Shown one piece after another: positions 23,980 through 40,296 of a stretch of 64,000 bases of DNA. A program made the position numbers and the translations under genes. Where the stretch lies: the NCBI RefSeq assembly GCF_009914755.1, contig NC_060936.1; one strand, given 5' to 3'. Origin of the DNA: the human T2T-CHM13v2.0 reference genome, Homo sapiens. Within the stretch, counting starts at the first letter, position 1, and the number at the start of each line of letters is the position of its first letter. Under the pieces are notes generated by a model. That model saw only the letters and a program-made list of their open reading frames with translations. It had not been told where the DNA came from and did no database searches.

Positions 23980-24555
23980 TTATTTTTTTAACTGATAAAT
24001 AAGATTGTACATATTTATAGGTTACATAGTAATGGTTTGATACATATAATGTGTAGTGATAAGATCAGAGTAGTTAGAAAATTTGTCATCTCAGGCATTT
24101 ATAATTTCTTTATGTTGGGAACACTTGTTTATTCATTTTTTAGAGACTAGGTCTCACTCTGTTACCCAGGCTGGAGTGCAGTGGCGTGATCACAGCTCAC
24201 TGTAACCTTGAACTCCTGGGCTCAGGCAGTCCTTCTGCCTCAGCTGCCTGAGTAGCTGGAACTACAGGTGTGCACCACCACACCTGGCTAATTTTTTTCA
24301 AAAAATGTTTTTAGAGACGGGGTCTCACAATATTGCTCAGAATGGTCTCAAACTCCTGGCCTCAAGGGATCCTCCTGCCTCTGCCTGCTGAGTTTCTGGG
24401 ATTACAGGTGCAAACCACCATACTTGACTGCATTGGAAACATTCAATATCCTCTTTCTAGCTATTTGAAACTGTATAGTGTATTATTATTAACTATAGCC
24501 ATCCTACCATCGTATAGAACACGAGAGCTTATTCCTCTTACCTAGCTGTAATTTT
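23980..24555 (-). mobile_element. Old L1M 3' end fragment, interrupted by an Alu
   Basis: ttgtacatatttatag...tgttgggaaca[Alu]ttggaaacattcaa...ttaactatagcc. Confidence 0.55.
24140..24430 (-). mobile_element. AluJ-like, antisense
   Basis: cccaggctggagtgcagtggcgtgatcacagctcactgtaaccttgaactcctgggctc. Confidence 0.88.
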
Positions 24556-26534
24556 CTTGAGATATGAAAGTCCAGGGGAAGCAGCAGTGACCTATCCCCT
24601 GAAACAGAGGTGATGAGTAATACCAGAAGCAGAAGCTCCTGTGAGAACAGGTTCAAGATATCCTCTGACAGGACAGTTATGGACATAACCCCTGGACAAG
24701 GAGCACAGCAGGAAGAACTTTCAAAGGACCTGTGAGGATGCATGAAGTTAGCACCTCAAGGAAATTCATATGTTACCCAAGGACATTAAAGGAGAGTACA
24801 TTCCTATCTGGGGACATGGACATTTGAAGTCTTTAAGTGTTTTTTTTAATGAAGGTGCAACCTTATTTTATACCTACAAAAAAATGTAGAATTTTCACAC
24901 TTTTCTGCAAGAAGTAAAAATTATGCTAAGAGCTATCTTTATCATCTCTGCATTCTCACAACCTAAGGCTGAGCCCAACACATTACAAGCTTTAAAAGGT
25001 AAATATTGAACGAATAAATGGTAGTGATTATAATCACAATCTTTCTATGTTGTCGTCAATGGAAAAATTTAAAACCTTAAACACAAGTCTGACATCTTTT
25101 ATGATGTGGAATAATGGAGACCACTGGCCCATTCTAAAACATGAGAACGAATTCTTAACATTTCCCTAAAATAGAGAATCAACTCATTCACAGTTTAGTA
25201 GTTTACCATTTAAAGACTACGAATCTTTTTTACTTCATTATTTATTTTCTTCTATTACTGCAGTTTTAGATTATTATAAAAATGTAAATTCTTCTTTATA
25301 TTTTTCTGCTCCAATTTCAGGCTTCTGTATCACCTAAATATTTTATTCCAAATTGTATACCAATTTGGACTATGATTTAGTGGTTGGTGTCATGAGAACG
25401 CCAATCTTCATGGTACCTTTTATTTGTTCATTTAACTAATCCCCCTGAGTCCATTGTAAATACAGTAGATAAAATCATGGCTAGCCTGAATAACATTGCT
25501 TCTGCACAGAAGATCATTTCTTCTTACCTATCAAGCTCGGAAAGCCACTACATTAGCCTTCATTTCAACTAAAATTTGTATCAAGATAATACTTTTTAAA
25601 GCGGCGATAGGTAGGATATCTTGAGACTTCAGATCCTTGGTGAAATTTGGGTTGATGTATAAAAATGTATTTATGTATGCCCTTCTTGTAAACGTTATAG
25701 AGAAGCTCTTGAAATTGTTCTTTATTATCAATATTTTGGATATTTTGTTACAAATACAAGATGATAGAGGAGAAACAGATTGCAAAAGCTCTTGAAAAAT
25801 CCAACAGCATTTATGTTTAAGCAATGAATAAACCTTTTGAAATAAGATACACTAAACCATTCATATTTACCATAAAAGTATGTTTTTTCAGGAATATAAT
25901 TTTTGCTTTAATAGCTTATATTTATGTTTTATATAAATTCAGTTATTCACATTATATATAAGTAAAATTAAACCACACAATTTAAATGAAATATATAAAG
26001 AAAAGATAATGTAAAGAATATGATATCTTCTGTCCACTAAACACTTCTATATACCATTATCAGGGACATGTCTCTGGATGACTGAGTTGTCTTTACAACT
26101 CAGTCAATTATAAAAAGTAGATTATAAAAATTTGAATGAGGATGGAGAAGGAGATGCTCTCTTTTTTTCTTTTCTTTTGAATAAGCATATCTTTCTCCAC
26201 CCTCATTCAAAAGAAAAAGAACAAAACAGATGAAGAGAAAAATAACAAAAAATTTTCAAAGACTACCATAGTATGCTGGCTATGAATTCTCATGAGCTTC
26301 ATTTGAAAATGCCTTAATCTCAGAAGTTTTAATTTATTTTTTCTTGTTTTCAGGGAATATACTGAAACATTTAGAAGACAGAGATGTATTCTGAAATATA
26401 TAAAAATATAATGAAGGAAATACAGAAATAATTGATTTATAAGGTAACAACAGAATTTTTAAAATGTATTTGGTATCTATGTACTACAAAACCATTTTTC
26501 TCTACAAGCAAAAAGCAACAATGAAGTTTTTTAA

Positions 26535-27221
<687 letters not shown>

Positions 27222-27614
27222 TAAGGTATATAACATAATCTTTCTATATGTGTATATATAGAGAAAGGATTACTACGTCCAAGCAAAATTATTCTATCCA
27301 TCACATCCCATAGTTACCTTCTTATATAATACATTACTAACTGTAGCCTTTGTGCTATACATTAGCTCTCTAGATTTATTCATCGTACATAACTACAAGT
27401 TTAAACCCTTTGAAGATATTGAATATATATATATGTATTAAATAGATAGATGCATCGGCGGATAGCTAGACACAATGGAATGTTATCCAGCCTCATAAAA
27501 GAAGGAGATACTGCCACACTGCCATTTGTGACATTACGGATGAACCTGGAAGGCATTATGGTAAATGGAAAGAGCCAGACAGAAAAAAAATAATAATTTT
27601 CTTTACTGGTGTCA

Positions 27615-27645
27615 TAGCTTTCTGGTTTCTTCACCTATTTTACAG
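27615..27645 (+). promoter_or_regulatory. Splice acceptor of the OR6C75 coding exon
   Basis: tttctggtttcttcacctattttacag, 35 nt upstream of the ATG. Homologous ttcatttattttatag precedes the paralog at ~58857. Confidence 0.65.
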
Positions 27646-27680
27646 CGAAAATACAGAATACTTTTCTAAAGAAAAAAATA

Positions 27681-28619
27681 ATGAGAAATTCCACAGCAGT
27701 AACAGACTTTATTCTTCTTGGATTGACAAGTGACCCACAGTGGCAGGTTGTACTTTTCATATTTCTTCTTGTTACCTACATGTTAAGTGTGACTGGGAAC
27801 CTGATCATTATCACCCTCACCCTTTCAGATCCCCATCTGCAGACTCCCATGTATTTCTTCCTTCGGAACTTCTCATTCCTGGAAATTTCATTCACGTCTG
27901 TCTGCATTCCCAGATTCCTTGTCACTGTTGTGACAGGAAACAGAACCATTTCTTATAATGGGTGTGTGGCTCAGCTATTTTTTTTCATCTTCTTGGGGGT
28001 GACAGAATTTTACCTTCTGGCTGCCATGTCCTATGACCGCTGCATGGCCATCTGCAAACCTCTTCATTACACAATCATCATGAGCACCAGAGTGTGTACC
28101 CTTCTTGTCTTTAGCTCCTGGCTTGCAGGGTTTCTGATCATCTTTCCACCAGTAATGCTTCTGCTGCAGTTGGATTTCTGTGCCTCCAATGTAATTGATC
28201 ATTTTATCTGTGACTCTTCTCCAATGCTGCAGCTCTCTTGCACAAACACTCACTTTCTAGAACTCATGGCATTTTTTTTAGCTGTGGTAACACTGATGGT
28301 CACCTTGACATTAGTTATTCTCTCCTACACAAACATCATCCGGACAATTCTGAAAATTCCTTCTATGAGTCAAAGGAAAAAAGCCTTTTCCACTTGCTCC
28401 TCCCATATGATAGTTGTCTCCATCTCTTACAGTAGCTGTATCTTCATGTACATTAAGACTTCTGCCAGAGAAAGGGTGACTTTAAGCAAAGGAGTAGCTG
28501 TGCTCAATACCTCAGTGGCTCCTCTCTTGAATCCCTTCATATACACACTGAGAAATAAGCAAGTGAAGCAAGCCTTCAAGAGCATGGTCCAGAAGATGAT
28601 TTTTTCTTTAAATAAATGA
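27681..28619 (+). CDS. OR6C75: Olfactory receptor 6C75, 312 aa, single coding exon, 7TM GPCR
   Basis: Intact [25 protein letters not shown]...MIFSLNK with an N-glycosylation site and [30 protein letters not shown]. Sequence recognised. Confidence 0.95.
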   Translation: MRNSTAVTDFILLGLTSDPQWQVVLFIFLLVTYMLSVTGNLIIITLTLSDPHLQTPMYFFLRNFSFLEISFTSVCIPRFLVTVVTGNRTISYNGCVAQLFFFIFLGVTEFYLLAAMSYDRCMAICKPLHYTIIMSTRVCTLLVFSSWLAGFLIIFPPVMLLLQLDFCASNVIDHFICDSSPMLQLSCTNTHFLELMAFFLAVVTLMVTLTLVILSYTNIIRTILKIPSMSQRKKAFSTCSSHMIVVSISYSSCIFMYIKTSARERVTLSKGVAVLNTSVAPLLNPFIYTLRNKQVKQAFKSMVQKMIFSLNK

Positions 28620-28868
28620 ATGTGATTATGTAAAAAATGTACCCCCAAAGGCAAAGCTGAATGGAAAACTCTCTACCCTTCTCTACATGAACTCTTTCTA
28701 AACACCTTATTTCACACTTTTAGTTAGACATAGTTACATATCATCAACACTTCTTAATGAAATTAGCCTAAAAACCAAGATTTAGCTCTTCTAAACTATA
28801 TAGAAAGTGTTCGCTCTCTCACCTATGTAACTAAATTTTAGGTAAATTAATAATTACTATGGTTTATT

Positions 28869-29022
28869 GAGGGATAGCATTGGGAGATATACCTAAGGCT
28901 AGATGACGAGTTAGTGGGTGCAGCGCACCAGCATGGCACATGTATACATATGTAACTAACCTGCACAATGTGCACATGTACCTTAAAACTTAAAGTATAA
29001 TAAAAAATAATAATAAAATAAA
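28869..29022 (+). mobile_element. Very short 5'-truncated L1PA2-like 3' end
   Basis: Near-identical to 12689-12820 (gagggatagcattgggagatatacc...cttaaagtat), A-rich tail. Confidence 0.9.
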
Positions 29023-29840
29023 GGCAAAATAGATTCTTCATTCATAAAATAGAGGTAGCTATAAATTAAAAACTTACTAAAACCACATTCAACTATGAAA
29101 TTAATTTTATATGAAATGTTTAAACTATGTATCTTAATTAATATATCTAAAATTTTTTCTTCAATGTCACCAGGAAAAACATGTTATAAAACTAAAAGCA
29201 TCATTAAAATGTCTCCTTGTATTTGTCAATAAAATGTAGTTAAAATGTGTGTAAACATTAAATAAAAGTGTAAGACAAATGTGCAGAGATATTATCTCTG
29301 TTGTTTGAATTAAGGCTGTATTACTTTTTGTCTTAGCTTTCCTAGAAAAAAAGAGCAAAGCGTAATCAAAGAGTTGATATTATTTATCTTATATTTTCCT
29401 TTGATAATATTTCCTTAAAAATAGATTATTTAACAGAGAACTTTTCTGTTTCTGCCAATATTTTAAAAGAAAAACCATGATCTATGAAGGCAATTCATAT
29501 TTGTGTTCAGATTCCTTATATTGATACAAAATTGCCTTACTACTGATATGATGAAGAAAATGACAAAGTAAGAGTCTACAATGGTGTGATACTGCCCTTT
29601 TATAAGGTATTCGGCGAATGATGACGTGGTTTATTAATGTCTTGGTTTTTCCTTTTCTAGTAAACCTATAATATTTTATTTATCTTTCCATTGTCTCCTT
29701 CACAGGTTTCACTCCCCTCACCTATATCCAAGAAAATGACTTTTAGAGGTATTTGAGAACTGTAAAAAATGTGTTCAAGCCCACTTCCTATAGTTAATGA
29801 GTCCCTCAACTCCCATGTATCATTAAGAAAATTGGTTGTT

Positions 29841-31192
<1,352 letters not shown>

Positions 31193-32473
31193 GTTATTTT
31201 AAAATTTCTAAAACAAGAAAAGAAAATTGGCTGTCTTGGGACAGTAGCTATGAATCTGACTAGATACAGGATAAATGGATTTTAGTTTGATTCCTTGATT
31301 TTCAACTTTGTCTGATATACAGGTGAATGTAAAGAGCTCTACAGGTTTTCTAAGTCTGTGACAAATACTTTTTTTTATAGATGTGAGCGTCCTTCAGCAC
31401 TTGTCTATTTCTTACCATTGTGTTTTATGGAATGGCATACTTTTTTTTAAAACAGATTATAATATAATATCATCACAAAATGAAAATTACATGATAATGA
31501 TTACATGATTATTTCATTATGAATTCTTTATTGTGGCAATTTGTAAAGAAATGAGACATTGTAAGTTTGCTTTTATTAAGATTACAACAAGTAAGCAGAA
31601 ATGCAAAAGTGAAAATCAGGAGTGTGGAAACAACATGCAAACATTAACTAAGTGAAGATAAAGTATATATACATATACAACTACATGATAGATAGATAGA
31701 TAGATAAAGAGAGATAGAGGGAAAGAGAGGGAAAGAAGAGAAACTGGAAAATTAGAGAGTAAGGGAAAGTAAATTTTCTTAATCCACAAAAACTTATCTG
31801 AAGAAGTTGATTCTAATGTTCAACAAATGTAAACCCATGAAAATCACTATGAATCTTTCCTTAAGTAGTATTATTATGCTGTAAGGTGAAATATTATTCA
31901 CTATTATTTATTATTTATTTTTATATAAATATTATTTTATACATAAAATAGGTCAGGTATTTAGAGGTTTTTGATTAAAAGTTTATACTCGTATTTGATG
32001 TTCATATTGTACTATCTCAAAAAATACTTTTATTTTAACAATGTGAAAAATTACATTTGTATAATGCTCACAGAAAATATATCTGGGTCATAACCAGTTT
32101 TAAGTTACATGGCAATTATTGTCACTTTATTTTTTCGAAGTTACAGAGATCATAAATAATTATTAAATTTCATTGGTAAAAAATCATCTTGGAAATTGAT
32201 TCTAGCAAATAAATGGTTGTTAAAAATGAAAATGTCAATGTTACTGTAATTTAGAACTTCATTAATTCATATTCTCTTGGAACATTACTCATCCTAAATA
32301 TTAAAAATGCTCTCAACAGAGTAATAATCATTCATAAACCACTGATTCTCTTTGGATCATAATAACAGGTAGTTATTGATAAATAAAAATGTTATAATCA
32401 TTAATCATAAAAGTGATCATAAAATCTAAGTAAAATCATACAATCAGACAATTTTAGTAAATGCTTTATTTTA

Positions 32474-32476
<3 letters not shown>

Positions 32477-32510
<34 letters not shown>
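32477..32510. repeat. (TA)n microsatellite
   Basis: ~17 perfect TA units. Confidence 0.95.
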
Positions 32511-32513
<3 letters not shown>

Positions 32514-33299
32514 TCAGAAGGAAAGGTAAATTAAATTAATAGATAATTAGGATAGAAAAATAGGACACCAGCAATGTTTTATCTTACGTGACATTTCTGC
32601 GTTGATTTTAATTTGAATTTAATCAAGTACAGATGCTTGTATTTTGTTAAATTTCTTTAAGTAAGACTAGAGTAAATGTGTTAACATTTTTCTGATATTC
32701 CACATAATCATGTTTTTATAAAAGACAAACTACATTTATCATTTGTTCAAAAACAACATTATAACTCAGGAATGGTGGCGGTATTTTCGACTTTTCTGAA
32801 ACTACTTTCTATATTATCTCTATGCCTTCATAAAAATTCAGTTATTTTCTTTGTGTCTAATTCACAAGATGCTAAGTGAAACCTTTAAATAGTCATTCAA
32901 TAATTCTACCTTCAATCCCTCCTGAAATTGAAATCATTAATACAGATCACTCTATAAAAAGAGAGATAGAAATAGGTAAAAAGACAAGGGAGGAATTGCC
33001 TCAGAGCACAGAAAGGTTATCAATTTTGCCATCAGTAAGGATTTTAGTTTGATATACAAATGAGATTATTAACACTTTAAAATAGTGTAGAGAAAACTGG
33101 ACAAAGCAGTCTGTTTACTCTCTTTCTATTGCCAAAAATACTAATAGGCAAAGCTCCACATGAAAAGGGTTACTATCCAGAATGATGTATTATTTAGTAA
33201 TCAGGTAAATAAATTTATAGCACATTCAATTACTTAAATTTCCCTCGTGTTATTTTTATAAGGCATATTATTAAAAAGCATTAGATATATTTTTATTTT

Positions 33300-34455
<1,156 letters not shown>

Positions 34456-34987
34456 AAAGATACTACAAAACTTCATTCTTTGTCCCCACATTCAGAGGAT
34501 AAGTTGTTTTATTTTGTTTTGTTTTGTTTTTTAGTTAACAGCCGTTTTTTCTCCCTCAATAGGTTCTGATACTAGAAATAAAGTGATGTTTGAGTATATT
34601 ATGATGTATTTCTTAAAGTATAAAAGAAATGCATGTAGTGTGGTGAGCAGTGGTGGTGATTTATTGGATTTTCATAGATATAATGCACACGTACGCAAAT
34701 ATTTTTGGGGAAAATATTTGTCATACACCCTGTTGATAATTCTGGTTTTTTAATTGATTCTTTTAGTTCAGAAGATCAAATGAATAAACAGAGAGGATAC
34801 TGGAATATCTCAAATGCACAAAACAATGGTAATGGGCGTTATATACAATACTCTGCCTTTAGAGATTTGACTGTAACAAAACAAAGTTTAAAATTAAAAG
34901 AAAAATGTAATATAAAACCTATTAAAAAAGAGAAGAAAGAAAATATGTGGAAAATAACTGTCATTCAATATACTCAAAAAATAAGAA

Positions 34988-35092
34988 AGAAAGAGGAAGG
35001 AAGGAGGGAAGGAAGGAGGGAAGGAGGAAAGGAGGGAAGGAGGGAAGCAGGGAGGGAGGGAGGGAGGGAAGGAAGGAAAGGGAAGGAAGGAA
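34988..35092. repeat. (GGAA/GGAG)n polypurine tract
   Basis: Seen directly. Confidence 0.9.
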
Positions 35093-35351
35093 AGATCAAT
35101 CTTCAGTAGGCCAGCTCAAAATATAAAGCCTACCTGTCTCCTGATTAAAGTCAAATTCTGTTATATGGAGCTTGTATTTTCTAGGAGCTTGTATTTTCTA
35201 CTCCTAGAAAATGTTTTATTATTTAATTATTTATTTAATAAATAATTTTTTATTTATTATTTATAAAATAATATTTAAATATTTAAATAAAATTTATTAT
35301 TTAATAAAATCATGTTTTATTATTTCATTTTCATTCTATTTCTGTATTTTG

Positions 35352-35660
35352 GGTTTTTTTGTTTGTTTGTTTTTTCGAGACCAAGTCTCACTCTCTCGCC
35401 CAGTCTGGAGTGGAGTCCAGTGGCACGATTTCGGCTCACTGCAACCTCCACCTCCCAGCAAGTGATTCCCCTGCCTCAGCCTCCTGGGTTACTAGGATTA
35501 CAGGCATGTGCCACCATGCCTGAGTAATTTTTGTATTTTTATTAGAGACGGGGATTCACCAGGTTGGCCAGGCTGGTCTCAAACTCCTGACCTCAAGTGA
35601 TCCACCCACCTCAGCCTCCTAAAGTGCTGGGATTACAGGCTTGAGCCACCGCGCATGGCC
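35352..35660 (-). mobile_element. AluS-like, antisense
   Basis: Full Alu reverse complement. Confidence 0.88.
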
Positions 35661-35856
35661 TATTTCACTCTATTTTTGACAACAGTTTTCCCTCATAAAA
35701 ATATCAAATTTATCAGTAAAACAAATTTTAAACAAAAAACTTATACACAACACTCACACAATGAGAAAGCTATTTCTGAAAATTCCCAAATCCACAAGAA
35801 AGTTTGAAAGATCACTTGGTAATTTCAATGCCATTTTTTAAATTATGCAGTCGTTA

Positions 35857-36165
<309 letters not shown>

Positions 36166-36889
36166 TTATTTTAAAGTAAAATATAAAGTCATGCAAAAAA
36201 GCAATCAAATTATGACAATAGTAGTAAAAGTAAAAGAAATCAAGAGTATAAGAAAGGCTTAAAAGAAAGATAAAATAACAAAGCTCTATAGATATATAAA
36301 CTGATAAATTTATAATGGAAAGATAAGTCAAATCTATAAAAATTCATAAATCTGATGTTGCAGCAAATCAAAGCTGTGATTAGACTAAAAAACATTAAAA
36401 TTCAGAATATTTTTAAATGACCAAAAATAATTTAGTGGAAATGTGGAAAACAAATAACAAGAGACCAAAATGTAGAACTGAAGTTTCACTTTAATAGAAA
36501 AAATAAGTGATACAAAGGTAGAGAAAACACAGATAACTACCTGGAAAAATGAATCATAAAAGCAAAATATAATTACAATTGTAGATAGAAAGACATATGT
36601 TAGAATAGATAGATAATAAATGGATGATAGACATAGATATACATAGAAATATCTTATGATCGTCTATGATAAGCTATGTATAATAATTAAACACAAAATT
36701 AAAGATAAATATTATTAAAATGAGTTGTAAAAGATAATTAAAAAGAAATATTGGTAACTTCCATTAAAATATAAACTGCAATCTTTTTAAACAGAGAACA
36801 CGTCTTATTGTTTACATTAACAGAAAACATGAAACGATCCAAAAAAATTCTGACAAATATATTGAAGTGTAATGTTAAACAATTATTTG

Positions 36890-37195
36890 AAGGGTTGGGG
36901 GAAGTGGGAATGATTAATGGTACAAAATTTGTTAGAAAGAATAAATAGGATTTAGTATTTGATAGTACAACAGGGTGACTACAGTCAGTAATAATTTAAT
37001 TGTACATTTTAAAATAACTCAAACAGTACAGTTGGATTGTTCATAATACAAAGGATAAATGCTTGAGGCTATGGATACCCCATTTACCCTGATATTATTA
37101 TTACACATTGTATGCCTGTATTAACATATTTCATCCCATAAATGTATGCACGTACTATGTACCCACAAAAATTAGAAATTAAAATTTTTTAAAAA
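36890..37195 (+). mobile_element. L1MA 3' end fragment
   Basis: gatagtacaacagggtgactacagtc...gatggatacccc...tatgtacccacaaaaatta. Confidence 0.75.
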
Positions 37196-38139
37196 CTATT
37201 ATTTTTAAAAAATTAAAGACACAGTCATTCTAGAGTTGGCATTTATTTATTTAACAAATATAATTTAACATCACTTTGTACCAGATAGTGTGGTAGGCCT
37301 TGAAAATAGTATGTTGAACAAATTAGAGCCTCTACTTTAACTGAGCTTATATTCTACATGTGAAACAAATAATTAATAAATAATTTTTATTAATATAAGC
37401 CATAAAGACAAATTAATCCAGATAAAGAGAGAATAATGAGGCTGCTATATGAGAAATTAAATTTGAAAACTAAAACGCAATGGTTTAGTCAGATGGTTTA
37501 ATTACATATATATGCCCCCTTTTATTATTGTGTCCAAACACATAAACTCACATATACTGAATAAAAGTGTCTCTTAAGAGAAAGGGGGCTCTTAAGACTA
37601 GAAGAATATTAACAATTATTCAGAGCAGAACATTTGGAATACAAAGGAAGAATTGCAGAGCAAGAAAAGGGCATGTGTAAAGACACACTAGTGAGAGAAA
37701 ACATAGCACATTACAAGATATAAAACAGTTCTGTATAAGTTAAGGTATATATTTTAAAAATCTCAGACATAAGATTTAGTTGTGTTCCTAGAGTTATACA
37801 GAGCCAATCTTCTCTGCCTCCCAGGGTGGCTTTTTAAATATTTTAAAATAGCTGTTTTTCCTCAAGTTTTTTTCAGATTAATGCCAATTGATAAAAACTC
37901 AATATTCCCTGATAATAGCTTCATAGGATTTGAATTTTTAAATCTAGATACAAATTTAAGATCTAACATTTACTTGCTGTGTGACACTGAGATAGTCTAC
38001 CTAGGATCTTTAAGTTAGTTTTCAACACAAGCTTTCTTTCCTAAATGAAAAAGGCTCCTTTCATTTACACTAGCATAGAGATTTGGAGATTTTTTTTTTT
38101 TTGCTTTTTTTTTTTGCATCTAGATAATATACTTTATTT

Positions 38140-38872
<733 letters not shown>

Positions 38873-39357
38873 CAATAAATACTTCTATTTAAGTTCACTA
38901 TTATGTTTCTGGAAACATCACACACTTTAATAAAATAATAACATTATTTGGTTTTAAGAAATAAATCTATCTTAGAGATTTATAAAATCAAATAAATCAC
39001 TATTGAAAGAGTCCACAAGTAATCTATATTCTGGGCACATTTATGCTAGAAAAACAGAGAGCTTTTAGATTTCCAAAATGAATTCATAGTGAAATATTTT
39101 TAGGGTGAGCAAAGTCAATTATTAAGTTAAAAGAATGAAGTAATTCCAGCAATGCATAAGAGAATATCATGGATACAGAAAATACCATTGAAATGATAAA
39201 AATTCAGGAATAGATAAAATGGCTCTTCATGGGTGACTTCAGTTACTATCATAATATAAACATAAAATAAAGGGGTATGTCAAAAACCCAGCTAATTCAG
39301 GCTACAATTTTCAATAAGTTTGAGTGGCATTCTATTATAATACCTAAAACTATTATT

Positions 39358-40296
39358 TCATTTCAAAGTAGTAAAGATATACTTTTTTACTATATTCTTC
39401 AGGGCTTGTTTCACTTGCTTATTTCTTAAGGTATATATAAAAGAATTTAATACAGGTGCAACTGAAGTGCTGAGTATTGCTACTCCCTTGTTTAAAGCTA
39501 CCCCTTCTTCTGCAGAAGATTTAATATACATGAAAATACAGCTGCCATAAGAGATGGAAACAACAATCATATGGGAGGAACAGGTAGAAAAGGCCTTCTT
39601 CCTCTGCTGCGCAGAAGAAACCTTCAGAATAGATTTTATGATATTTGCGTAGGAGTACATTACCAGGACCAATGTAATCAGGAGCGTGACAGTTGCTAAA
39701 ATAAAGCTTAACATTTCTATGACCTGTGTGTCTGTGCAGGAGAGTTTCAGAACAGGAGAATAGTCACAGAAAAAGTGGTCAATAATATTGGCATCACAGA
39801 ATTCCAATCTCAGGCCCATGTAAGTCTAGGAAAGATCGTTAACAAACCAGCCCACCAAGAGGCAACAGCCATCTGGTTGCAGACTCTGTTGCTCATAATG
39901 GTTGCATAATGCAGGGGTTTGCAGATGGCCACATAACGGTCATAGGACATGGCAGCCAGCAGAAAAAACTCTGATACACCCAAAAAAAATGACAAAAAAT
40001 AATTGTGTCACACAAGCATCATAGGAAATAGTTTTATCCATAGTCACTTTGCTTACTAGGAATCTAGGGATGCAGACAGATGTCAACAAGATTTCTAAAA
40101 CAGAAAAATTCCGAAGGAAGAAATACATGGGTGTTTTGAGGTGAGAATCCAGCAAGGTGAGCAGGATAATGATTAGATTTCCAATGACACTCAATAAATA
40201 CGTTAAAAATAGAAAAAGGAAAATTACAGTTTGCCAGTGTAAATCACCTGTCAGTCCTAGAAGAATGAAGGTTGTCACCATTGTATGGTTTCTCAT
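39358..40296 (-). pseudogene. OR6C71P: Olfactory receptor 6C pseudogene, full length with two compensating 1-nt indels
   Basis: [14 protein letters not shown]... with ATG at 40296. +1 in the T8 run (39982-39989), -1 at ~39820, out-of-frame TGA at 39940-39942, NPFIY>NSFIY. Acceptor ttttttccag ends at 40326. Symbol from recalled order. Confidence 0.9.

Noticed and set aside
34705-35109. 134-aa ORF with an EGRREGG tail (similar ORFs at 48330-48771)
   Set aside because: Translation of GGAA/CCTT microsatellites
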